DNA of 20,000 nt from NCBI RefSeq assembly GCF_004010195.1, contig NC_057718.1, positions 105,634,907-105,654,906 of the forward strand. Reading direction: 5' to 3'. The position numbers and the translations under genes were made by a program. The stretch's first letter is position 1. The number at the start of each line of letters is the position of its first letter. Under the pieces are notes generated by a model. That model was given only the letters and a program-made list of their open reading frames with translations, made no database searches and was not told the DNA's origin. The DNA comes from Chiloscyllium plagiosum (taxonomy: Eukaryota). Shown in pieces: positions 10,675-20,000 of the stretch.

Positions 10675-10904
10675 TTTAGATCAGACTGGTGCTGGAAAAG
10701 CACAGCAGGTCAGGCAGCATCCAAGGAGCAGGATAATTGACGTTTTGGGCGTAAGCCCTTCATTAGGAATCATTCCTGACGAAGGGCTTTTGCCCGAAAC
10801 GTCGATTTTCCTGCTCCTCGGATGCTGCCTGACCTGCTGTGCTTTTCCAGCACCACTCTGATCTAAACTCTGGTTTCCATCATCTGCTGTCCTCACTTTT
10901 GCAT
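10675..10904. mobile_element. Palindromic (inverted) Penelope pLTR pair with 15-bp TSD
   Basis: TSD AGAAACCAACATATG at 10660-10674 and 10905-10919. The 96-bp inverted arms 10675-10770 and 10772-10867 are separated by 1 nt. Confidence 0.9.
10772..10809 (+). ncRNA. Type-I minimal hammerhead ribozyme motif, intact core
   Basis: AUUC-CUGACGA-A-GGGC-UUUU-GCCC-GAA-ACGU-C/GAUU. Cleavage predicted after 10803. Confidence 0.7.
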
Positions 10905-10965
10905 AGAAACCAACATATGCCAATATAAAACATGAAAGTTTTAATCTAAGATTGTTTAATGTATC

Positions 10966-11120
10966 ACATAGAATCATAGAGACGTACAGCATGGAAACAG
11001 ACCCTTTGGTCCAACCCGTCCATGTCAACCACATATCCCAACCCAATCTAGTCCCACCTGCCAGCACCCGGCCCATATCCCTCCAAACCCTTCCTATTCA
11101 TATACCATCGAAATGCCTTT
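10966..11120 (-). mobile_element. CR1 3' tail
   Basis: ATAGAATCATAGAGACGTACAGCATGGAAACAGACCCTTTGG... is collinear with 7043-7195. Confidence 0.85.
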
Positions 11121-11365
11121 TTCTCTCCTTCCTGCACTGACCTCACTATGTGCTTCCTTCGTCTGTTCTTCTCCCTTTTAAAACTGCTGTTGTTTTGATT
11201 TGTTTTTCCAAAGTTCCAAAACAATGCAACAGCATATAAAACAGTAATGACTGCTCCTGGAATTCGAGGAAATCACCTCCAACACCTAAAATATCTCAAA
11301 AAAAAGAGCAGCTGTTACAGATGGAAACTTTTCCTGTCCTCCATCTTGGATTACCCAGAATCCTT
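11121..11365 (-). mobile_element. Probable 5' end/UTR of a shark retroelement
   Basis: Minus strand begins GGATTCTGGGTAATCCAAGATGGAGG, which I recognise as a recurrent shark repeat start with a YY1-like CAAGATGG. Family assignment is from memory only. Confidence 0.4.
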
Positions 11366-11366
11366 T

Positions 11367-11548
11367 CTCTCCATGACACCGAACTCCTTTGTTCCGTGAG
11401 CATGATCTTAACCTCCACAACCACCTGGTGAAGGACCGGTACTCCGAAGCTAGTGCTTCCAAATAAACCTGTTGGACTATAACCTGGTGTTGTGAGAATT
11501 TTACCGTTGTCCACCCCAGTCCAAAGCCGGCACCTCCAAGTCATGGTA
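11367..11548 (+). mobile_element. Penelope-like pLTR, second major family, decayed hammerhead (11422-11455)
   Basis: CAC-CTGGTGA-A-GGACCGGTACTCC-GA-AGCT-A-GTG followed by CTTCCAAATAAACCTGTTGGACTATAACCTGGTGTTGTG. Confidence 0.7.
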
Positions 11549-12180
11549 ACCTAAATAGTAACTCACCCAATGTTTATTTATCAGCAAATGACTTTACAAC
11601 CTTAAAGAGTTTCAATGTAGCAGAATACTACGTTGTGCTTTACAAGTCATAAAACAGTGTCACTTCACACTTACAGTAAACAATGCCACAAGCTTTCTAT
11701 CAGTATTATTACCATGGCATGACTAAGATGATATGGCTGCTAATGAACATGGCTTCTGACATCAAAAGCAGTTTGAGTTCACGGAAAGGAACTGGTTGAA
11801 TGAAAGAAAGCAGCAGAGGGTGTAACGTAATGGAGGAGCTGGGGTGGAAGGTGTTAATAGGGAATGGAGTGCCCTAGGGCTTGGTGATGGGGTTCCTGCT
11901 GTTTCTGATCTACAGCAACAGTTTAAGACACAGAATCCTAATGTAAACTGATTATGTTTGCTGATGATACTAATTAGAGGGATTGGCTGTTGAAAGAGAT
12001 GAAGCACCCAGGGACCTAAAGTAGCAATTAGACAAAATGTGCAATTGGGATAATCAGTGGTAGATGAAATTTGATCAGCTAAATGCCAGCAAAATGCTTG
12101 GAACAAATAGAGTCAGCAATGTCATCAGAGGTCTGCTTCGATTTGACATTGTCCCAGTAACTGCAATGTAAAACTGTTAC

Positions 12181-12324
12181 CTCATTTAGCTGTTTGTTGC
12201 GAGTTGATATTACTGATTGGATAGCTGACTGTTTACTTCCTCCTTTTAAAGCTGCATCCCTCCTCGCCTGTTCCAGAAGGAGTCTTGCTCGCTCTTTCAG
12301 TTCTTCCTGTCTTGTTGCCATTCT
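12181..12324 (-). CDS. EHBP1: EH domain-binding protein 1, single internal coding exon (48 codons, phase 0/0)
   Basis: Translation RMATRQEELKERARLLLEQARRDAALKGGSKQSAIQSVISTRNKQLNE matches the vertebrate EHBP1 segment RLLSRQEELKERARVLLEQARRDAALKAG...RQLSD as I recall it. Acceptor ttttatctttaaacag| at 12325, donor GAG|gtaaca at 12180. Length 144 nt. Confidence 0.93.
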
Positions 12325-12849
12325 CTGTTTAAAGATAAAAATGTTAAATTCATTAAAACCTGTTTATTTTACACTGAACATATCAGTAAGTAATATTCTG
12401 TTTGCAGACATTATTATAAAAGTGTGACTGTATCATAAATAGCAAGAAATGCTAAAAACTAATATTGGGCAGATTTTCCCAGATAACCTCAATCATGGTT
12501 TTAGTTCAATTGCAAACTATTATGTATGCATTAAATCAACGAGATCATAATTATTTTTTCCACTTTTGGTTAATAACGGGACTACTAAAAACACCCTGTG
12601 AAAGACTTTGCAGTATAGAGGTATATGAATTAAAAATAACTGTCTCGCAATATGCTTCCACAACTGTGTTGCACTGAAAAAGGAAAGCAGATCTTGGATC
12701 ATCAAATGTTTCCACATTTGCATACTGAGGATTGACTAGCCAAGGATCGTTTACTGGGAGGAAAATAAAATCATATTTCATTTTTCTCCTATTCATCTAC
12801 AACAACCAGATACTGTTTATCATTCAAGGCTTGCGAATGTCACAAGCTA

Positions 12850-13385
12850 GATATTTATTGCTAATTACCCTCGAGGAGGTGTGGTGAGCTGTCCCTTGAA
12901 TCGCTGCACTCCATGTGCTGTAGGTGCACCCACAGTGTTACTCAGAAGGGACTTCCAGGATTTTGACCCAGTGACAGTGAAGGAACAGTAATGTATTTCC
13001 AAGTCAGGATGGTGAACTTGCACGAGATGGTTCTCCAATTCATGTGCTGCTCTTGTATTTCTCGTTAGATTTTGTCCATTTAGAATCTGCTGTCTATGGA
13101 GACTTAGTGGGTTGTGCACCCTGTAGATGGTACATGCTTGTGTCAATGTGAGTCAGTGATGGACAGAATGAATGTTAAAGGTGTTAGATGGGATGCCAAT
13201 CAAACAGGCTGCTTTTTTCTGGATGCTGTAAAGTTTCTGGAGTGTTGTTGGAACTGCACTCATCCAGCCAAGTGGTGAATATTCCATCACACTCCTGATT
13301 TGCACCTGGAGGATAGTATTTGGCAAGCAAGAGGCGAGCTATTCACTACATAATTACTAACCTCTAACGTTCTCTTGTAGAACAG
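12850..13385 (-). mobile_element. L2/Crack-like LINE 3' fragment
   Basis: Minus-strand remnants QIRSVMEYSPLGWMSAVPTTLQKLYSIQKKAACLIG and SFTVTGSKSWKSL, typical of the ORF2 C-terminus of CR1/L2-group LINEs. Ends in ...GCAATAAAT. Confidence 0.75.
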
Positions 13386-13407
13386 TACTTACATTTTAGT
13401 TTCTCTT

Positions 13408-13842
13408 CAATGGAGCACTTCAGCTATAAACAGAGGCTGCATAAGCTAGGGTTGTTTTCTTTAGATCATAAATGGTGGAAAGGCATCCTGATTGAAGTTT
13501 GTCAGATGATGAGGGGCATGGAAAGCATGAAGAGAAAGCGCTGCTCCCTCTAGTTGTATAGTCAATAACAAGCAGGCATAATTATAAGGTGAAAGGCAGG
13601 AGGTGTAATTGGGACTTGGGGAAATTCTTTTCAACCAGAGGGCAGGGGGAAGTTGAAATGCACTGCCAAGGATGGTAGTTGAGGTGGAAGACCTCACAAC
13701 CTTTAAAAGTACTTGGATGAGTACTTGGAAATGTCAAAACATTCAAGGCTACGGGCGCAGTGCTGGAAAGTGGGATTAGAGTAGATTTAAAGTAGATTTT
13801 GTTTGTACAGGTTTGATGGACCTCTTCCAAACTGTACAATTT
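13408..13842 (+). mobile_element. CR1 LINE 3' fragment
   Basis: MEHFSYKQRLHKLGLFSL, LIEVCQMMRG, FFSTRG..WNALP-like remnants and a CR1-like tail TGATGGACC..CTGTACAAT. Confidence 0.8.
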
Positions 13843-14224
13843 TGGAAAGTGAGACCAGTCCACAGGCATTGGCTTCAACGTCTGGTGGTTTCCCTCTACA
13901 CAGTCTACTTAAGAACTCATGAAGCAGCCTCACTGCCTTCCCAAGGTCCCCATGACTTATTTCGTCTCTTCAAGCTTCTTTTGCTCCACAATATATATAG
14001 TCGATGCACCACATAACAATACAGTCCAATTCTTGTCATCACTTTAGTGAATACAATTGCATATTGTCTATGGCTTTAATCTCCTATAATTGGATATCCA
14101 TACAGTCCACAGTATTGTAGTTATGGTTTAATCAGCATTTTCTGCTTTAGAACTTGTAAAAAAGAGTGTAATAATTGAGGGGGAACATTAATCTTCATCA
14201 AGACTGAATCAGAAGATGAGTTTT

Positions 14225-15380
14225 CAGATTGTTTTGAAGGAGCAATAATTTGTTGAACCAGCTGGGGGTGAAGCTACTTTGGAGATAGCATTGCACTATG
14301 AGGCAGATTAATTAGTAATCCCCTATCAAAACATCCATTAGCAGGGAGCAGAGAAAGATGATCATAAAATAACTGAATTCCACATGAAGTTGAAAAGCAA
14401 CATACTCCAAGTCAAACAAGAATGCAATGCAATGCAAATTGCACAGGTTCTGAGTGGATGCTGGCTAAGATTGATTGGGTTAATGGACTGAAACATATGG
14501 CAATAAACTAAGGCTGCAAATCATTCAAATGTCACCTCCGTGTGTTACAAAGAGCATGTAGGTGCTAAGTGGAAGGGCAAGTAATTAAAAGGCAATAGAA
14601 ATTTTACACAATCACTGTGTTCTGAGGAGAACAGAAATCAGAAAGGTAAAGGAACAACCTGCACTCAAATTAGATCAAAACAGATGGAATGTGTGACCAA
14701 CCAGCACTGCCGTTCATGCCCAAGTTCTGAAATGAATATGCTTAAGGAGCTAGAAGAACAAATTAATAAAGGAGTGGAAGGTGGCACATCCACTGGCGCA
14801 CACACACACTGCACACACAACATGGCAATGTCAGCAGTGAACGGACACATCTTGACACCTGTGGCAGTCACCTGACATCACTGAGACCGTCTGCATGCAC
14901 GGTGGCCATTATTGATCAAGACTGCTTTAGAAGCCAAAGGGACATGAAAATGTGGGGAAAAAGTAGAATGGGTAAACTAGCCAGAAAATAGAAACAAATT
15001 GTAAATGCTTTTACAAGTCTAGTAAATGGATTATAGCTAAAATAAATGCTGGTCCTTTAAAGGTATAGACAGCAAAAATTAAGAGTAGTAAGGAAATGGC
15101 AGTTATTCAACAAATATTGTGTCTGTCTTCAGGGTACAAGACAAGGAATATAACAGAAATAGAGAGTAACCTGTGGTCTTACAAGAGTGAGGGCCTTAAA
15201 GTAGCTAATATTAACAGAGAAAAAGTATTCAAGAAACATAGAGACTAAAATCTGAAAAATCCTCAGGTTCTGAAAGAAATACTGTATAGTGAAGTCACTG
15301 GGGAATCTTCATAGACTCGAGAATAGTCCAAGCAGATTGGAAGTAAATAAAGAAAGTAAATGTAACACTGCGACAGTAAA
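14225..15380 (+). mobile_element. Old CR1 ORF2 remnants (endonuclease end and linker), interrupted around 14530-14920
   Basis: GATGATCATAAAATAACTGAATTC (SDHNMIEF-like), GGTAAACTAGCCAGAAAATAGAAACAAATTGTAAATGCTTTTACAAG (KLARNIKTNCKxFYK-like), AAATATTGTGTCTGTCTTCA, VQADWK..VNVT. Confidence 0.7.
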
Positions 15381-15409
15381 GTCTTGCTGCTTGCTTGTCT
15401 GCCCTTTGT

Positions 15410-17691
15410 GAACATGGAACATAGAACAGTACAGCACAGAACAGGCTCTTCAGCCCACGATGTTGTGCCGACCACTGATCCTCATGTATGCACCCTCAAA
15501 TTTCTGTGACCATATGCATGTCCAATAGTCTCTTAAATGTCCCCAATGACCTTGCTTCCACAACTGCTGCTGGCAACGCATTCCATGCTCTCACAACTCT
15601 CTGTGTAACAAACCCACCTCTGACATCCCCTCTATACTTTCCTCCAACCAGCTTAAAACTATGACCCCTCGTGTTAGTCATTTCTGCCCTGGGAAATAGT
15701 CTCTGGCTATCGACTCTATCTTTGCCTCTGATTATCTTGTATACCTCAATTAGGTCCTCTCTCCTCCTCCTTTTCTCCAATGAAAACGTCCGAGCTCAGT
15801 CAACCTCTCTTCGTAAGATAAGCCCTCCATTCCAGGCAGCATCCTGGTAAACCTCCTCTGAACCTTCTCCAAAGCATCCACATCTTTCCTATAATAGGGC
15901 GACCAGAACTGAACGCAGTATTCCAAGTGCGGTCTGACCAAAGTTTTATAGAGCTGCAACAATATCTCACGACTCTTAAACTCAATCCCCTTGTTAATGA
16001 AAGCCAAAACACCATATGCTTTCTTAACAACCTTGTCCACTTGGGTGGCCATTTTAAGGGATCTATGTACCTGCACACCAAGATCTCTCTGTTCCTCCAC
16101 ACTGCCGAGAATCCTATCCTTAATCCTGTACTCAGCTTTCAAATTCGACCTTCCAAAATGCATCACCTCGCATTTATCCAGGTTGAACTCCATCTGCCAC
16201 CTCTCAGCCCATCTCTGCATCCTGTCAATGTCCCGCTGCAGCCTACAACAGTCCTCTATACTGTCAACGACACCTCCAACCTTTGTGTCGTCTGCATCCT
16301 TGCTTACCCAGCCTTCAATCCCCTCATACAAGTCATGAATAAAAATTACAATCCGTAGAGGCCCAAGGACGGAGCCCTGTGGAAAACCACTGACTTCCAG
16401 GCAGAATACTTTCCTTTTACTACCACTCGCTGTCTTCTGTTGGCCAGCCAATTTTGTATCCAGACAGCTAAGCTCCCCTGTATCCCATTCCTCCTGTCCT
16501 TCGGAATGAGCCTATCACGTGGAACCTTATTAAATGCCTTGCTGAATTCCATATACACCACATCCACAGCTCGACCCTCATCAACTTTTCTAGTCACACC
16601 CTCAAAGAACTCGATAAGGTTTGTGAGGCATGACCTGCCCCTCACAACGCCGTGTTAACTGCATTTAATCAAGCCATGCTCTTCCAGATGGTCATAAATC
16701 CTATCCCTCAGAATCCTTTCTAATACCTTGCAGACGACAGACGTGAAACTTACTGGTCTGTAATTGCCGGGGATTTCCCTATTTCCTTTCTTGAAGAGAG
16801 AAATTACCTCCAGTGGAGAGCAAGTATGCAAAGATCTTCGCAAGTGGTGAAGCAATTGCATTTCTCGTTTCCCAAAGCAGCCGAGGACAAATCTGGATCA
16901 GGCCTGGCGACTTGTCAATCTTAATGTTTAACAAAATTTTCAGCACATCAGCTTCCCCTATCTCTATTCATTCCAGCGTGCACACCTGCTCTTCAAAGGT
17001 TTCATTCACTACAAAGTTCGTTTCTTTCGTAAAGACAGAAGCAAAAATCTCATTTAGGGCTTCCCTTACCTCCTCAGACTCCACACACAAATTCCCTATG
17101 CTATCCCAGATCGGCCCTACTCTTTCTTTGACCATTCTTTTATTCCTCACATAAGTGTAAAATGCCTTTGTGTTCTCCCTAATCCGTTCTGCCAAGCCTT
17201 TCTCGTGGCCCCTCCTGGCTCTCCTCAGACCATTTTTGGTCCTTCCTCGTCTGCCTGTAATCCTCTAGAGCTGAGCTTGACCCTAGCTTTCTCCACCTTA
17301 TGTAAGCTACCTTTTTCCTTTTGACAAGAAGCTCCACTGCTCTCGTCATCCAAGGTTCCTTTATCTTACCCCTTCTTGCCTGTCTCCGAGGGACATATTT
17401 ATTCATCACTTGCAACAACTGTTCCTTAAACAATCTCCACATGTCTATAGTGCCTTTACTATGGAACAATTACTCCCAATCCATGCTTCCTAACTCATCT
17501 CTAATCGCGTCATAGTTTCCTCTTCCCCAATTAAATATCCTCCCATTTTGCCTATTCCTCTTCTTCTCCATAGATATGTGAGGCAGTTGTGGTTACTATC
17601 TCCAAAATGCTCTCCCACCACAAGATCTGAGACCTGCCCCGGCTCGTTTCCGAGCACCAAGTCTAGAATGGCCTCTCTCCTCGTCGGCCTG
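15410..17691 (-). mobile_element. CR1 LINE ORF2, 5'-truncated, moderately young, small internal deletions
   Basis: AILDLVLGNEPGQV, GEHFGDSNHN, PWMT, NYRPVSFTSVVCK, GRSCLTNLIEFF, YMEFSKAFNKVP, PQGSVLGP, KDADDTK (YADD-like), RPHLEYCVQFWSP, AWNALP. 3' terminus GAACATGGAACATAGAACAGTACAGC. Confidence 0.96.
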
Positions 17692-18240
17692 AAGTTGTGT
17701 ATCTGCACAATACTCACTGTATATCTTTTCACTAACTGTAAATGTATATTTCTATACATGGTTTTAAAGAAATAGTAAGAAAAATCTTAATTCCTGCATC
17801 ATGTATTTCACAGATCTAGAGTGCCATGTTCACTATTTACAAAATTCACCATTCTTCAGGAATGCACTCCCTACAAACAGGGAGTGTCGACTGTATTTAA
17901 AGAAGGCAGGGACAACAAAAACAGGGAATTAGCTACAGGCTTGTTGGCCTGACAGTCACTGCAAAGACACATTAAAACAGTGCTATACAAAAGGTTTATG
18001 CACAAAGTAAAAACACAGTGAGTTGGGCTGGGGGTAATATAACAGTACGAATATTGATTAACCTTCGGAAACAAAGAGAATGGAAAAATTGAATATTTCC
18101 AAGCCGGCAGGTTGTCCTTCAAAGCTCTGCAATCTCATGTGACCTTTCATGCCAATATATGCACCATACCATTCAGTTTCAAAAACAGAAGTTGCTGGAA
18201 AAGCTCAGCACATCTAGCTGCATCTATAAAGAGAAATCAA

Positions 18241-18278
18241 AGTTAACATTTCGGGTCCAGTGACCCTTCCTCAGAATT
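18241..18278 (-). ncRNA. Type-I minimal hammerhead ribozyme motif, near-intact
   Basis: Minus strand AAUU-CUGAGGA-A-GGGUC-ACUG-GACCC-GAA-AUGU-U/AACU. Core intact, stem III ACGU>AUGU, one stem I mismatch. Confidence 0.65.
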
Positions 18279-18676
18279 GATGACAGCTAGGAAAATGTTG
18301 GTTTATATGCAGAAGAAAGGGGGAGGGGGGAGGTTTAAGATCTGGCTGGAAGGCTGAATAGCTGTTAATGGAGACTGTTAATGGTTAACAATAGGTAGTA
18401 TGTAATGGCAGACTATGTGTTAACAAGGCCTGGTATGGGCTAGGGGGCTAGGACATGAGGGAGTTCAGGCCCTAAAATTATTGAACTTGATATTGAGTCC
18501 TGAAGGCTATAGGGTTCCCGCGCAGAAAATGAGGTGTTGTTCTTCCAGCTTGTGCTGAGCTTCACTGGAGCACTGCAGCAAGCGTGAGACAGAGATGTTG
18601 GCCAGGGAACAGCGTAGTGTGTTAAGGTGGCAAGCAACTGGAAACTCAGAATCTTTTTTTGAAGGCAGAACTTAGA

Positions 18677-18991
18677 TTTTTTTTAGATTAGATTCCCTAC
18701 AGTGTGGAAACAGGCCCTTCGGCCCAACAAGGTCCACACCGACCCTCCGAAGAGTAACCCACCCAGACCCATTTCCCTCTGACAAATGCACCTAGCACTA
18801 TGGGCACTTTAGCATGGCCAATTCACCTGACCTGCACATTTTTGGACTGAGGGAGGAAACCAGAGCACACAGAGGAAACCCACGCAAACACGGGGAGAAT
18901 GTGCAAACTCCACACAGTCACCCAAGGGTGGACTCGAACCTGGGACCCTGGTGCTGTGAGGCAGCAGTGCTGACCACTGAGCCACCGTGCA
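18677..18991 (-). mobile_element. HE1-like V-SINE
   Basis: Reverse complement has tRNA head TGGCTCAGTGG..GGTTCGAGTCC, V-domain and (TCTAA)n(A)n tail. Confidence 0.93.
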
Positions 18992-19109
18992 TTTTGTGAA
19001 GTGGTCACCCAGTCTACACTTCGTTTCCCCAAAATAGAGGAGACCACACTGTGAGCAGCAAATGCAGTAGACTAGATTGTGAGAACTGAAGGTAAAGTTC
19101 TGCCTCACC

Positions 19110-19417
19110 TGCACGGTGGCTCAGTGGTTAGCACTGCTGCCTCACAGCACCAGGGTCCCATGTTCGATTCCAACCTCGGGTGACTGTCTGTGTGGAGTTT
19201 GCGCATTCTTCCCGTGTCTGCGTGGGTTTCCTCCCACAGTCCAAAGCTGTGCAGGTCAGGTGAATTGGCCATGCTAAAGTGCCCATAGTGCTAGGTGCAT
19301 TTGTCAGAGGGAAATGGGTCTGGGTGGGTTACTCTTCGGAGGGTCGGTGTGGACTGGTTGGGCTGAAGGGCCTGTTTCCACACTGTAAGGAATCTAATCT
19401 AACTTAATCTAAAAAAA
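19110..19417 (+). mobile_element. HE1-like V-SINE
   Basis: TGGCTCAGTGGTTAG A-box, TGTTCGATTCC B-box, V-domain with an internal deletion between GGTTTCCTCC repeats, AATCTAATCTAA tail. Confidence 0.93.
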
Positions 19418-19680
19418 TGTTTGGGGCCTTGGATACTGAGGAGGGAGGAGGTAAATGGGCAGGTGTAACAACTTCAGGGGTTGCAAGGGAAGGTGCTGTG
19501 GGGGGTTGGGATTGGGTGGGCAGTTTGTGTTGTGGTGTAGTCAGTGAAGGAAGAGTGGACCAGTGTCCTGGAGGGAATGATCCACATGGAAGGCGAACAC
19601 GGAAGGGGAAGGGAATACATGTCTGGTGGTGGCATTTCGCTGGCAGTGGCAGAAATGGCGGTTGATGATCTTCTGGATGG

Positions 19681-20000
19681 TGAAGAGAAAAAATGATGTG
19701 CAAAGGTAAACTGGCCAAAAATATAAAGGAGGATAGTAAAAGCTTTTTTAGGTACGTGAAAGGCAAAAAAATGGTTAAGAGTAAAATTGGGCCCTTGAAG
19801 ACAGAAACAGGGGAATATATTATGGGGAACAAAGAAATGGCAGAAGAATTGAATTGGTACTTCAGATCTGTGTTCACTGGGGAAGACACAAGCAATCTCC
19901 CTGAGGTAACAGTGGCTGAAGGACCTAAACTTAATGGAATTTATATTTGCCAGGAATTGATGTTGGAGAGACTGTTAGGTCTGAAGGCTGATAAGTCCCC
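19681..20000 (+). mobile_element. Young CR1 LINE ORF2 fragment, continues beyond window
   Basis: Open frame GKLAKNIKEDSKSFFRYVKGKKMVKSKIGPLKTETGEYIMGNKEMAEELNWYFRSVFT...LKADKSP, the CR1 endonuclease-RT linker. Confidence 0.9.

Larger units (their letters stand above)
18180..19680 (-). mobile_element. Penelope-like retroelement 3' part: GIY-YIG endonuclease + pLTR, interrupted by two SINEs
   Basis: NLVYCICCSQCGLLYFGETKCRLGDHF (GIY-YIG), HFNT..., HKLEEQHLIF..GTL*PSGLNIKFNNF, upstream linker with CYTC. pLTR at 18180-18280 carries a hammerhead. Confidence 0.9.

Noticed and set aside
1..12180. Next EHBP1 exon (QQDEERRRQLRERARQL...)
   Set aside because: Not found by eye on the minus strand; it probably lies left of the window. 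The upstream exon was likewise not seen in 12325-20000.
12079..12321. 80-aa ORF as a standalone gene
   Set aside because: EHBP1 similarity ends at a canonical donor at 12180 and a canonical acceptor precedes the ATG by 3 nt, so it is an internal exon.
14595..14635. ILHNHC as a Harbinger transposase C-terminal motif
   Set aside because: Too short, preceded by a stop, and no other DDE motifs are visible.
15927..16358. Plus-strand ORFs over LINEs/SINEs and AT-rich intronic ORFs (e.g. 5280-5555, 5766-5978)
   Set aside because: Antisense shadows of repeats or chance ORFs with no recognisable protein signal.
15750..16451. 233-aa reverse transcriptase ORF as a functional RT or retron-like system
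   Set aside because: It is a frameshifted CR1 ORF2 piece with an altered catalytic motif (KDADD) and internal deletions.

Overview
Eukaryotic, repeat-dense intronic DNA from a cartilaginous fish (HE1-type V-SINEs, CR1 LINEs and Penelope-like elements point to a shark, possibly a bamboo/carpet shark). The only host coding sequence I can support is one 144-nt, phase-0 exon of EHBP1 on the minus strand (12181-12324). The rest is intron, filled with decayed CR1/L2 LINEs, tRNA-derived SINEs and Penelope-like (GIY-YIG) fragments, and almost every ORF in the supplied track is a piece of these or spurious. The most interesting layer is RNA-structural. At least eight type-I minimal hammerhead ribozyme motifs (CUGANGA-stemII-GAAA-palindromic stemIII-UH) from about five Penelope terminal-repeat families are present, with covarying helices. 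Two have fully intact cores, one of them sense to the EHBP1 pre-mRNA. Several occur as tiny TSD-flanked insertions: a 98-bp solo unit, a 230-bp palindromic unit, and a 311-bp-period retrozyme-like unit with a templated 47-bp capture. An inverted SINE pair with a 107-bp perfectly identical tract is also present. Hammerheads in Penelope elements are known in general; any novelty here lies in the specific architectures.
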